64,000 nucleotides of DNA, from NCBI GenBank assembly GCA_041617855.1, contig JBFJOC010000003.1, positions 16,959 to 80,958 on the forward strand, read 5' to 3'. The DNA comes from Woeseiaceae bacterium (GTDB lineage: Bacteria; Pseudomonadota; Gammaproteobacteria; Steroidobacterales; Woeseiaceae). Shown piece after piece: positions 1 through 9,203 of the stretch. The first letter of the stretch is position 1. Each line of letters starts with the position of its first letter. The translations under genes and the position numbers were made by a program. The notes beneath the pieces were generated by a model, which did not search any database, had not been told where the DNA came from, and was given only the letters and a program-made list of their open reading frames with translations.

Positions 1-3000
1 GGCATTACCGAAACTGGCGTTGACCACCGCGACCTGCTCGTAATCGCGCTCGACGAGACTCGCGCGACCGACGATGCCGATATCGGCGGCTGGCCCGACC
101 AGCGACAGGTCGCAGGTATACGTCTCGCCATCTTCGATGCGAAATTTCCCGGTGATCCGATCGAAACCGAACCCTTTTCCGAATACGTCGCGGAAATCCA
201 GGGCCAGACGGCGCGGCAGCGCCACGACGCTCATCAGACCGAACATGCGACCCGCCCCCGGGTCGACCTCATCGAGCTGACCCGTACCGAGCCGGACCTG
301 CACTTCGCCATCGAGCGTGTCGAGAAAATCGTGGCGTGGTCCACCGGACCAGCTGACATCGAGCAGCAGGGCCATATCATCGCCCACGATGCCCGGACTG
401 AATCCGAGCCGACGCATCGTCTCGTCGATATTCGTGCTCGAAAGCGTCGCCGTGACGGACGTGCGGCTGCCCATGGAATCCGCCTGGTCGACAACCCAGC
501 GGCCGCTGCCGACGATTTCGAACGTGGCGTCTTTCGCCAGCATCGTCTCGGCGATGAGCCCATCCGGCGCACGCTCGATGTCCGTCTCGAGGCTGCCGAA
601 AAAGCGTTTTCCCAGCCCGAATTCGCCGGCCTTGACGGAAATCGGGGGCACGTTTCTCGGATTCAGGGCAACTCCGCTCGGCGCCTGCGACGTGTCGTCG
701 CCGCTGAGCACCAGCCGCTCCATATCGAGAACGACCTCGCGCTCCCCAGCGAGATCGTACGGTACGAACGCGGAGCCGATCACGTCCTCCCCGTCGAACT
801 GTATCAGCCAGTCCCGGGCGCTCCGGTCCACGCGCACCCGGTGATCGACCAGGTGCTGGCCGAGTATGTGCAGATGCCCGACCGCAACGTCGATCGACCG
901 AATCCGGTTTGCGGCCCCTGCCTGCTTCTCGTCGGCGCGGGACAGATTAAACCAGTCCTGCAGCCTAAAGGAATCGATCCTGCCCCGCAGGTGCAGCCCA
1001 CGAGTCTCTGCCATCGCAAGACTCGAGGTGCCGTCGGACCCGAATACCAAAACGCCGCGATCAAAGTCCCATTCGGTCTGGTCGCGCAGATACGTCAACG
1101 TCCACGCGAGCAGACCAGTCGCAGTGCCGCTGGTCACGATTTGCTGTCCGCCGCGTGGGAATTCGATCGTTGCACTGATCGGAAGCTCAGCGTCTGCAGC
1201 CTTGGCCAGCGGCGCCGGAAGCTTGCTTTCGAGACCGACGAGGTCCGAGTCGATCGCAATCTGAAACGGCGCCGGGCTTTCCTGCTTGCCTCGCGGAAAG
1301 CGAAGCTCTGCGCTATAGGCAAAGTCGCCGACGAGCCTGTCTTGCAGCGGCAGTTCGAACTCGCTGACGAGCGCTGCTGCGGGCGCGGTGCCCCGCGCGA
1401 GTGCAAAAACGCGGTATCCGGGCGCCGACTGCGGTGCCGGACGCAGGTCGAGCACAACAGGCCGGCCGAGAAACCGGCCGCCTAACGCCTCGCTGCCGAC
1501 ATCGTCCCGCTCGAACGTAACTGCGCCGCTCAGTTCGGTCAGCATCGGCTTCAGACCGGCGAACGCGACCTCGCCGTTCGAGCTCTGAACGACTGCTTTA
1601 AACGTGAACGTCCGCCACTGGCGAATCGGGACGTCGAGATCGAGGGACAGCGTGGCATCGCCCGCGACTCGGACCCGCTGCAGCTGGCCGCCGAGCGCTG
1701 CGCCGATCGGACTCTGCATGGCGAAGCGCCGCATTTCCTCGAGGGTACCTGACGCGTACGAATCGATCGTGAGCACCGGGTTGCGCACGTCCGCAATCTC
1801 GATGCGCGCATCGACGACGTCGAGCCCAAGGCTCTGTGAACGATTCTCTTGCGAAAAAAGCCGCGTTCCGTCAAATACGACCTCCGCAGCGATCAGTTCC
1901 GTCGGCGGCCACTCCGGCCGATATTTCATCAGCACGTCGCGCACGGACGCGTCGACGCGAAACTCACCGGAACCATCGTCGAACGGAAACCTATCGAGGG
2001 GCCCCTTCACGCGAATCGTTGCATTCGGGATACGCCCCCGCAGAAGCGCCGAATCGAACCAGTTCCGCAGCTTTTCCTTGGTCGGTTTTAGCGGCACATA
2101 CCGCGTCGCCGCGGCAACGTCATTGACGGTAACCGTGCCGACGAAATCCACAATCGGTGCGCTGCCGGCGTCTATGGAGACCTCGACGTTGCTGACGCTG
2201 TCGATGATCGAGTTGCGCAGCACGATGCTGTCGGAGAGCATCGTTATTCCGTCATCCCTGCGACGCCATATCAGCGTGCCCGACGCTTCGTCGAGCGAGA
2301 CAGTCGCGCGGAGATATTCGGGAATGCTGACCCGCAGGTCAGTGCTGCGCATGTCCAGACGGCCGCCGCTGCGATCCGCGCGCAGCGTGCCGGAAAAGCC
2401 CCGGACGCCCGGCCGCATGCCCTCGGCTGCGATTCCCGCGTTCGTCAATTCGGCCGACACATCGTAATTCGGCGTCTCGCTGTCGAGATCGCTCGCGGTC
2501 GCGGCAAAGTTGCGTATCTCGCCGGACGGACCCAGGCTCGCCAACCGTTCGCGGCTCGCGTCGTCCAGCCACGGCAGCAGCAGACCATGGTCATCGAGAT
2601 TCACGTACGATGCCCGGGCGTCGACCATCAGCATGCGGCCGGCCGCGTCCGTGCCGACCTCGACGTGTAGCGACGTTTCCGGCCATTCGCCGGCCGCCGT
2701 CGTCACCCGCAGTCGGTCGGCGGCCACGAGCCAGCCCTCCGGGTCCTTGCGAAAATCGACCCTACCGCGGATTGCGGCGGCCGGCGCATCGGCAACTAGG
2801 ATGTCCGTGAAGTCAATCTGCGCGGTCGCCGTCGTGATGATGGCACCGGTGTAGGCGAACGAGGCGTCGATGTCGCCGCGCCCCGCCCGGACCTCGGCGA
2901 TCGGGCTAGGTAGCAAATCGGACAGGCCGCTCAGCAAGAGATCATCGGCCTCGATGATCACATCCCACCTGACCGGCACGTCAGCGTCCTGCTGCAGCCG

Positions 3001-3633
3001 GGTTGCGGCAAGGGTCAGACGATTCCCGAGTTCGTCCGGTAGCTCGATCGTCGCGTCGACGCTCAGTCGCTGCTCCGATCTGCGCGCCAGTATCCTAGCC
3101 AGGCGAAATTCACGGGGCCTCTCGTCCCCCGGTCTGAGCAGCTTGAGGCTGACATTCTGGCCCACGACCTCGATGCGGCCGAGCCGGCCGGGAGCCCCGC
3201 GGTCGGGCAGCAGGTCAGCCGCCGGCGTCCCCTGTATCCACCACGCGCCGTCGTCGTCTTCCCGGATCTCGAGGCTCGTATCGCGGACGACGATCTGATC
3301 GACCACCAGCTTGCGATCGACGATCAACCGTATCAGACCGACGCCGATGCTCACCTCGCCGGCCGCCGCTATCCTGGCCATCGTTTCAGAGGCCAGCAAT
3401 TCAGCATCGTAGAATTTGAGCTCCGGCCCGCTGAGGCCCCAGCGCGCATCCATGCCGGAAAACTCGACGTCCATGCCGATGACCGAGCTCGCCCAAACCT
3501 TGATTTCGTCCTGGTATTCCGGCAAGCGAGGCAGCAGCAGCCGGAACAGGCCTACGGCTACGGCAAGAAGTATTACCACGCCTGCCGCCGTGTACGCGAC
3601 GAACTTGATCAGGCGTTGGATAAAGTCTTTCAT
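1..3633 (-). CDS. yhdP: YhdP-like AsmA2/DUF3971-family large envelope protein (3' partial; C-terminus runs off the left edge)
   Basis: This gene is absent from the ORF track because no stop codon lies inside the window. My own minus-strand translation from ATG 3633-3631 gives MKDFIQRLIKFVAYTAAGVVILLAVAVGLFRLLLPRLPEYQDEIKVWASSVIGMDVEFSGMDARWGLSGPE (N-terminal TM helix). The same frame covers nt 300-1 (..GAGRMFGLMSVVALPRRLALDFRDVFGKGFGFDRITGKFRIEDGETY..), which resembles my recollection of the conserved C-terminal region of E. coli YhdP. I hand-translated only the two ends; continuity between them is inferred because 3633 is divisible by 3 and no listed minus-strand ORF in 1-3667 shares this frame. 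It sits directly after maf-rng, as in E. coli. Confidence 0.8.
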   Translation of the reverse strand, partial: MKDFIQRLIKFVAYTAAGVVILLAVAVGLFRLLLPRLPEYQDEIKVWASSVIGMDVEFSGMDARWGLSGPELKFYDAELLASETMARIAAAGEVSIGVGLIRLIVDRKLVVDQIVVRDTSLEIREDDDGAWWIQGTPAADLLPDRGAPGRLGRIEVVGQNVSLKLLRPGDERPREFRLARILARRSEQRLSVDATIELPDELGNRLTLAATRLQQDADVPVRWDVIIEADDLLLSGLSDLLPSPIAEVRAGRGDIDASFAYTGAIITTATAQIDFTDILVADAPAAAIRGRVDFRKDPEGWLVAADRLRVTTAAGEWPETSLHVEVGTDAAGRMLMVDARASYVNLDDHGLLLPWLDDASRERLASLGPSGEIRNFAATASDLDSETPNYDVSAELTNAGIAAEGMRPGVRGFSGTLRADRSGGRLDMRSTDLRVSIPEYLRATVSLDEASGTLIWRRRDDGITMLSDSIVLRNSIIDSVSNVEVSIDAGSAPIVDFVGTVTVNDVAAATRYVPLKPTKEKLRNWFDSALLRGRIPNATIRVKGPLDRFPFDDGSGEFRVDASVRDVLMKYRPEWPPTELIAAEVVFDGTRLFSQENRSQSLGLDVVDARIEIADVRNPVLTIDSYASGTLEEMRRFAMQSPIGAALGGQLQRVRVAGDATLSLDLDVPIRQWRTFTFKAVVQSSNGEVAFAGLKPMLTELSGAVTFERDDVGSEALGGRFLGRPVVLDLRPAPQSAPGYRVFALARGTAPAAALVSEFELPLQDRLVGDFAYSAELRFPRGKQESPAPFQIAIDSDLVGLESKLPAPLAKAADAELPISATIEFPRGGQQIVTSGTATGLLAWTLTYLRDQTEWDFDRGVLVFGSDGTSSLAMAETRGLHLRGRIDSFRLQDWFNLSRADEKQAGAANRIRSIDVAVGHLHILGQHLVDHRVRVDRSARDWLIQFDGEDVIGSAFVPYDLAGEREVVLDMERLVLSGDDTSQAPSGVALNPRNVPPISVKAGEFGLGKRFFGSLETDIERAPDGLIAETMLAKDATFEIVGSGRWVVDQADSMGSRTSVTATLSSTNIDETMRRLGFSPGIVGDDMALLLDVSWSGGPRHDFLDTLDGEVQVRLGTGQLDEVDPGAGRMFGLMSVVALPRRLALDFRDVFGKGFGFDRITGKFRIEDGETYTCDLSLVGPAADIGIVGRASLVERDYEQVAVVNASFGNA

Positions 3634-3663
3634 TGTCTGTCCGCCGTAACGCCGGCGCTGCGG

Positions 3664-5145
3664 TCACATCAAAACGACGTCAAACTGATCCTGCACATAA
3701 AGCGATTCGGACTGCAGGCGTATCGACTTGCCCGTCTGCTCTTCTATTTCCGCAAGGCCCCCGGCCTGCTCGTCCAGCAGTAATTCGATCACGTCCTGGT
3801 GGGCAAGCACGAGGGCCTCATCGAATTCGAACTGGCGCGACTGTCGAATGATCTCGCGAAAAATCTCGAAACAGACGGTTTCTGCCGTCATCAGGAAGCC
3901 GCGGCCTTCACAGCTTTGACAGTCTTCGCACAGGATGTGCTGCAGACTCTCGCGGGTGCGCTTGCGCGTCATTTCGACGAGCCCCAGCGGCGAAACGGGT
4001 GTCAGCTGGTGGCGCGCGTGATCCTTGGCGAGTGCCTGCTCGAGAGCGGTAAGCACGTTTGTCCGGTGCTCCTGCTCTTCCATGTCGATGAAATCGATGA
4101 TGATAATTCCGCCCAGATTTCTAAGCCTGAGCTGGCGCGCGATGGTGACGGCGGCTTCGAGATTGGTGCGGTATATCGTCTCCTCCAGATTGCGGTGTCC
4201 GACATAACCGCCAGTGTTTACATCGATCGTCGTCATCGCCTCGGTCTGGTCAAAAATAATGTAACCGCCAGATTTCAATGGAATACTTCTGTCCAGTGCC
4301 CGGCGAATCTCGTCCTCGATCGCGTGCAGATCAAAGATCGGCCGGCGCCGCGTATACACCTCGATTTTCGCCTCGACCGCCGGCAGAAACGTTCCCGCGA
4401 ATTCCCGCATCTCGCCGAAGGCCGACTGCGAGTCGATCAAGATGCGCTCGACGTCGGCAGTCACGAAGTCCCGCAGCACCCGCAGCGGCAACGACAGGTC
4501 CTCATGGACGAGCGATTTTACTGGAGCCTTCCTGCACCGCTCCTGAACGACGGTCCACAGCTTCAGGAGGTACTCGAGATCGGCGGACAGCGCGGCCCGG
4601 TCGGTGCCCTCGGCGACGGTCCGGACGATTGTGCCGCAGGCCAGGGCACGTTCGGCGAGCAGCTCTTCCGCCATGCTTCGGAGCCTGTCCCGTTCCGCCT
4701 CGTCCTCGATGCGGGCCGAGACCCCGACGCTGTCTCCGTTCGGCAACAGCACCAGGTTTCGCGACGGCAGCGTAATAAAGGTCGTCAAACGCGCCCCCTT
4801 GTTGCCAAGAGGATCCTTGACGACCTGCACGAGCAGCTCATCGCCCTCACGAACCAGCTCGCGAACATTCGGCAGCTCGCCGTTCTCATCGCTGGCCGGC
4901 GCACTGCGGGCAATGTCCGAGGCGTGTAGAAACGCTGTACGTCGCAATCCTATGTCAACAAACGCTGCCTGCATGCCGGGCAGAACGCGGGATACGCGGC
5001 CCTTGTATACATTGCTGATGAGGCCCCGCTTGTCGGTTCGCTCGATGTGTACTTCCTGCAAAATGCCGTTTTCGAGGATTGCCGCGCGGACTTCGTTCGT
5101 CGTGACGTTGATCAGGATTTCTTCTTTGGGAGATTCTTCCGTCAT
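3664..5145 (-). CDS. rng: Ribonuclease G (RNase E/G family)
   Basis: 493-aa ORF with an S1-domain N-terminus (ISNVYKGRVSRVLPGMQAAFVDIG) and an RNase E/G catalytic core. Its start overlaps the maf stop by 4 nt. The maf-rng-yhdP order is conserved. Confidence 0.93.
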   Translation of the reverse strand: MTEESPKEEILINVTTNEVRAAILENGILQEVHIERTDKRGLISNVYKGRVSRVLPGMQAAFVDIGLRRTAFLHASDIARSAPASDENGELPNVRELVREGDELLVQVVKDPLGNKGARLTTFITLPSRNLVLLPNGDSVGVSARIEDEAERDRLRSMAEELLAERALACGTIVRTVAEGTDRAALSADLEYLLKLWTVVQERCRKAPVKSLVHEDLSLPLRVLRDFVTADVERILIDSQSAFGEMREFAGTFLPAVEAKIEVYTRRRPIFDLHAIEDEIRRALDRSIPLKSGGYIIFDQTEAMTTIDVNTGGYVGHRNLEETIYRTNLEAAVTIARQLRLRNLGGIIIIDFIDMEEQEHRTNVLTALEQALAKDHARHQLTPVSPLGLVEMTRKRTRESLQHILCEDCQSCEGRGFLMTAETVCFEIFREIIRQSRQFEFDEALVLAHQDVIELLLDEQAGGLAEIEEQTGKSIRLQSESLYVQDQFDVVLM

Positions 5146-5735
5146 GGCTCCTGATGCCCGTATGCAAATATGTCGACGCCTGCTCTCGACAGCAATTGTG
5201 CGGTCTCGTACACCGGCAGCCCGACGACGCCCGAGTAGCTGCCGCGCAGCGATTCGACGAATATGCCCCCCAGGCCCTGAATCGCGTAGGCACCGGCCTT
5301 GTCGGCCGGTTCTCCACTTTGCCAGTACGCGTACGCCTCGTCAGGACGAATTTCGCGAAACAGGACATCGGTGCTCGACACAGCCGTCTCCAAAGTATGT
5401 TGAGACCAGATGGCGATTCCGGTAAGAACGCGATGCCACCGTCCTGATAACCGGCTCAGCATAGCGAGTGCGTCCTCGCGCCCCCGGGGTTTGCCGAATA
5501 TCGCCGAATCCAGCACGACCGCGGTGTCCGCAGCGACGACGACCTGGTCAAAGCGTGCCCCGGCACAGCGGGCTTTCGAGCTCGCCAGGCGCAGCACCAG
5601 TGCTTCGGCCAATTCCCCCGCTTGCGGCGTTTCGTCCACGTCAACGCCGCCCGCGGTAAAGCAAAGCCCGAGCTGCGCCAGAATTTCCCTGCGCCGCGGA
5701 GACGAAGAGGCCAGATGAATGGAGGGCCGGGGCAC
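5142..5735 (-). CDS. maf: Maf-like nucleoside triphosphate pyrophosphatase
   Basis: 197-aa ORF. N-terminus LASSSPRRREIL, plus AGAYAIQG and the overall Maf pattern. It lies upstream of rng. Confidence 0.9.
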   Translation of the reverse strand: MPRPSIHLASSSPRRREILAQLGLCFTAGGVDVDETPQAGELAEALVLRLASSKARCAGARFDQVVVAADTAVVLDSAIFGKPRGREDALAMLSRLSGRWHRVLTGIAIWSQHTLETAVSSTDVLFREIRPDEAYAYWQSGEPADKAGAYAIQGLGGIFVESLRGSYSGVVGLPVYETAQLLSRAGVDIFAYGHQEP

Positions 5736-5753
5736 GGGAGTCAGCCGGGCATA

Positions 5754-6224
5754 TCAGGCGCGGTGGTACGGATGCCCGGTCATTAGCGACCAGGCTCGAT
5801 ATAGCTGTTCGACCAACAGCACGCGAGCGAGGCCGTGAGGCAATGTCAGAGGAGACAGTGACCAGATGAAATCGGCGCGCTCACGGCATCTGTCGGACAC
5901 GCCATCCGGACCGCCTATCACGAAACACAGGTCCTTGCCCTGCGATTGCCACGCAGACAATTTCGACGCCAGCGATTGACTTGTGAGCTGCTTGCCGTGT
6001 TCATCCAGCAGAACAACAAACTCTCCCACATGTGCTGCTTTCAGAATATGGTCGCTTTCCGCGATGACGGCGCTGACCGATCCGCCCTTCGCGGATCTCC
6101 GCGCCGGCGCAAGGTTGTCGATGCGAAAGCGCCAGCCCCGCGGCAGCCTGTCGCTATACGCCGCGATCGCAGCATCGACCCACACCGGCTGCCGCCCGCC
6201 GACGGCAATCATCCGAGTATGCAC
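5754..6224 (-). CDS. rlmH: 23S rRNA (pseudouridine1915-N3)-methyltransferase RlmH
   Basis: 156-aa SPOUT-type ORF ending ..GHPYHRA. It lies 2 nt downstream of rsfS, the conserved order. Confidence 0.92.
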   Translation of the reverse strand: MHTRMIAVGGRQPVWVDAAIAAYSDRLPRGWRFRIDNLAPARRSAKGGSVSAVIAESDHILKAAHVGEFVVLLDEHGKQLTSQSLASKLSAWQSQGKDLCFVIGGPDGVSDRCRERADFIWSLSPLTLPHGLARVLLVEQLYRAWSLMTGHPYHRA

Positions 6225-6226
6225 GC

Positions 6227-6580
6227 CTACCCGTCGGTCACGGCAAGATCGCTGGCTGGCCCCAGTGACCAGAGTTTCTCCAGATTATAAAATTCGCGAA
6301 CTTTGGGCAGCATGACGTGCACGAGTGCATCCTGCAGATCGAGCAACACCCACTCACTGCCTTCTTCGCCCTCGACCCCAATCGGTTTGTGCCCGGCGGC
6401 CGTTGTCTTTTTCGCTACGTTGTCCACGAGCGCCTGGACGTGGCGTGTCGACGTTCCGCTCGCGATAATCATGTAATCTGTCACGGCCGTCATATTTCGA
6501 ACATCGAGCTTGACGATATTCTGCGCCTTGACGTCATCGAGGGCCTCGATGATGAGATTACAGAGCTCATCGCTGTTCAT
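6227..6580 (-). CDS. rsfS: Ribosome silencing factor RsfS
   Basis: 117-aa ORF (DYMIIASGTSTRHVQAL..EWVLLD..VVHVM-like pattern). It sits in nadD-rsfS-rlmH context. Confidence 0.92.
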   Translation of the reverse strand: MNSDELCNLIIEALDDVKAQNIVKLDVRNMTAVTDYMIIASGTSTRHVQALVDNVAKKTTAAGHKPIGVEGEEGSEWVLLDLQDALVHVMLPKVREFYNLEKLWSLGPASDLAVTDG

Positions 6581-6616
6581 TCGTGATTCGCCTTGAGCAT
6601 ACGTCCCGCCTCTCCT

Positions 6617-7267
6617 TTATTCCGGAATTTGCAGGGTGCCGTAGCACCGACTGTCCGCGATAATGTCACGAACGGCGTCCGGCATCAGAAATCGAGGATC
6701 ACGCCCGGCCGCCACCAGGTGGCGTATCTCGGACGAAGAAATTTCGAGCTGGGTCACCGCATGAATATGCAGCCGCCCGTGCGTATTCTCGTGCAGGTCG
6801 GACTCGCGATGCGTCCCGCGATTGGATATCAGCTCGCCAAGCGGTCCGAGATCGGGAGCTTTCCAGCCAGGCCGATGCGCGACGACGATGTGCGCGAGTT
6901 CGAGAAGCTCGGTCCATCTGTGCCACGTCGGCAGCCCCAAAAACGCATCCATGCCCAGGATCAGACCGAGTGGCCGCCCGCTGAATTCCGCACGCATTGC
7001 CGTCAGCGTGTCGACCGTGTAGGACGGGCCGTCGCGATGAAGCTCCCGAGCATCGACGACGAACCCGGGCTGTCCGGAGACCGCAGCACGCACCATTTCG
7101 AGGCGCAGCTCCGCGCTCGCGAACGTATTGCCGCGGTGCGGCGGGTCTCCGCTAGGCACGAAGCGAACGTGCTCGAACGAAAGCGCCTGCAGCATCTCAA
7201 ACGCCGTGCGCAGATGCCCGTAGTGGACAGGATCGAAAGTTCCGCCGAACACTCCAATCGGGCTCAT
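6617..7267 (-). CDS. nadD: Nicotinate-nucleotide adenylyltransferase
   Basis: 216-aa ORF with a GVFGGTFDPVHYGHL nucleotidyltransferase motif. ATG verified at 7267-7265. Confidence 0.93.
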   Translation of the reverse strand: MSPIGVFGGTFDPVHYGHLRTAFEMLQALSFEHVRFVPSGDPPHRGNTFASAELRLEMVRAAVSGQPGFVVDARELHRDGPSYTVDTLTAMRAEFSGRPLGLILGMDAFLGLPTWHRWTELLELAHIVVAHRPGWKAPDLGPLGELISNRGTHRESDLHENTHGRLHIHAVTQLEISSSEIRHLVAAGRDPRFLMPDAVRDIIADSRCYGTLQIPE

Positions 7268-7295
7268 CGCCCGGCCGCCCGCCGGTGGTCCCCGC

Positions 7296-8384
7296 TCATG
7301 CGGCCTTCCGGCTGCCCAGGGCCAGACCGAGCAATACGTCCGTCACGAGCTGCCAGGGATCCTCACCCGACTGGCCTTTGGCGGCCCGATCCGCGCGCGC
7401 GCAATTCCTGAGCAGCCGCAGCATGGCGCCCCCCTGAAGCCGGACCATGGCATTGCGGACGAGGCCCTGCCGGCTGCGCCATACACCAGCCTTGCTCAGA
7501 GCACGCGAAAGATTCGAACCGCGGCCGAGCTCGCTCTCCACGCGCGCGAGCGTGCGCAGCTCGCGTGCCATCGCCCACACCACGATGACGGGTTCGAGCC
7601 CCTCTGCGCGCAAACCGGCCAGGATTTTCAGTGACCGCGTCGCATCGCCAGCGAGCGCTGCATCCACGAGCTTATACACATCGTAGCGACTGCTATCTGC
7701 TACTGCGGAGCTGACGTCGGCGGCCGTAACGCGGGCTTGACCCAAAACCAGCCGCAGTTTTTCCACTTCCTGTGCAGCCGCGAGCAGATTCCCCTCGACG
7801 CGGTCTGCAATCAGCGTGACGGCGTCCCGATCCGGTTTCAGGCCCACGCCCTGCATCCGACGCCTGATCCAGTCCGGTAATTCGTGCCGCCCTACGGGCC
7901 GGACCTCAACGGCGACGCCGGCCGCACCGAGCGACCTAGCCCACTTCGAAGCTGCGGTGCTGCGATCCAGTTTCGGCGCAACGACGACGAAAAGGAGGTC
8001 GCCGGCCGTCGCCTCAGCAAGTTCGGCGATAAGCTGGCCCCCGATCCGGCCCGGCTTGCCGGTGGGCAGGCGCAATTCCAGCAATCGCTTATCCGCGAAC
8101 AACGACATGGCCGCGCTCGATTCGCGCAGCTTATTCCAGTCGAAGCCCGGTCCCGCTACGTGCAGTTCGCGCGCGGTGAAGCCGCGCTCCCGCGCCGCCC
8201 CGCGGAGCGATTCGAGCGCCTCGGCAGCCAGCAAATGTTCATCACCCGTGATTAGATAACAAGGTGCGAGATTCGATCGCAAGTGGGAAGCGAGCTGTTT
8301 CGCCGAAATTTTCACTCGTTTAGGGTTCGGGTGACTGGAAAGGCATGATACCGTGGCACATCGATGCCGAAAAGCGTCACTCAC
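7296..8384 (-). CDS. holA: DNA polymerase III subunit delta
   Basis: ORF with the YLITGDEHLL..A pattern, matching my recollection of the E. coli HolA N-terminus (YLLLGNDPLL). It lies upstream of nadD. The start is uncertain: the track start at 8384 is GTG, and another in-frame GTG at 8315 would give a length closer to E. coli. Confidence 0.85.
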   Translation of the reverse strand: MSDAFRHRCATVSCLSSHPNPKRVKISAKQLASHLRSNLAPCYLITGDEHLLAAEALESLRGAARERGFTARELHVAGPGFDWNKLRESSAAMSLFADKRLLELRLPTGKPGRIGGQLIAELAEATAGDLLFVVVAPKLDRSTAASKWARSLGAAGVAVEVRPVGRHELPDWIRRRMQGVGLKPDRDAVTLIADRVEGNLLAAAQEVEKLRLVLGQARVTAADVSSAVADSSRYDVYKLVDAALAGDATRSLKILAGLRAEGLEPVIVVWAMARELRTLARVESELGRGSNLSRALSKAGVWRSRQGLVRNAMVRLQGGAMLRLLRNCARADRAAKGQSGEDPWQLVTDVLLGLALGSRKAA

Positions 8385-8399
8385 GCGGCACGCCGGTGC

Positions 8400-8654
8400 T
8401 CAATCGAGTTGTTCCATGTCGATGGATTCGCTTTCCAACAGCACGGGAATCCCGTTTTGCACGGGGTACAGAAGCTTACCGTCATCCGTAATTAGCGCTT
8501 CGGTGAGGCGTTCCGTCACCACGGCGCCCTCCCGATTGCATACGCCGCCGTCACTGATCGCGGCGTTAATGGTCTTCAGCGTCTGGCTCGTGACCGGCGC
8601 CAGACCCTTCTGGGTGACCGGACAGCGCAATATGGCCAGCAGTCGTTTGTCCAT
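8400..8654 (-). CDS. Trm112/YcaR-like small protein (UPF0434-like)
   Basis: The C-terminal 84 aa of the 155-aa track ORF start at an internal ATG (cat at 8652-8654). The sequence is MDKRLLAILRCPVTQKGL...LLYPVQNGIPVLL, the Trm112 signature. The upstream extension is Arg/Ala-rich and not protein-like. Confidence 0.75.
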   Translation of the reverse strand: MDKRLLAILRCPVTQKGLAPVTSQTLKTINAAISDGGVCNREGAVVTERLTEALITDDGKLLYPVQNGIPVLLESESIDMEQLD

Positions 8655-8789
8655 GCGAATTGCTCGGGCCTCTCGGAACAAGTGGTTGTTTTCAATAAAA
8701 TTTATGGCAAAAAATCCGGTGAACTCGGCGCGCCGCCGACCGTCCGCGGGCGGCGGCAGCAGCCAGGCACAGCATAACCGCTCCCGCCG

Positions 8790-9203
8790 ATGACGGAAAC
8801 TTCTCGGGAATCGGCGCCCTGGCTGGATCGCGCCGCCGTTGCGCTGTCCGCGCTGTGCGTCGTGCACTGCCTGACGCTACCGTTGCTGGTCGCCGGCCTA
8901 CCGTTTCTCGCCCAGTTCGTGCCAGGCCATTTGCATGCACAGATGCTCGTTATCGTCGTGCCGCTGAGCGTCGTTGCCCTTGCGATCGGCTTTCGGCGCC
9001 ATCGCAGCAGGCCCGTACTGGTTGCCGGAGCCATCGGCATGCTCCTTCTGATTATCGGCGCTACCTTTGCGCACAACTTTCTGGGTCTGCTCGCGGACCG
9101 GCTGTTCACGATTTCGGGCGCGATCGTACTGGCTGCCGCGCACGTGCAGAACAGCCTGCTTGCCCGCCGCTGTCACGCGTCCACGGACAAGCTCACGACC
9201 TGA
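8790..9203 (+). CDS. MerC-domain-like membrane protein (orphan, no mer operon)
   Basis: 137-aa ORF with four predicted TM helices. The first carries LCVVHCLTLPLL, which resembles the MerC family CxxP-type motif. ATG verified at 8790. Confidence 0.55.
   Translation: MTETSRESAPWLDRAAVALSALCVVHCLTLPLLVAGLPFLAQFVPGHLHAQMLVIVVPLSVVALAIGFRRHRSRPVLVAGAIGMLLLIIGATFAHNFLGLLADRLFTISGAIVLAAAHVQNSLLARRCHASTDKLTT

Noticed and set aside
331-3298. A series of plus-strand ORFs (384, 287, 142 aa and others) at the left end
   Set aside because: All are antisense to, or out of frame with, the unlisted yhdP reading frame. That frame is assigned across 1-3633 and has recognisable N- and C-terminal YhdP features.
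3799-4929. 376-aa plus-strand ORF
   Set aside because: It is antisense to rng.
8655-8867. Upstream 71 codons of the 155-aa ORF containing the Trm112-like domain
   Set aside because: The segment is Arg/Gly-rich, not protein-like, and overlaps the start of the plus-strand MerC-like gene. An internal ATG gives the normal Trm112 length.
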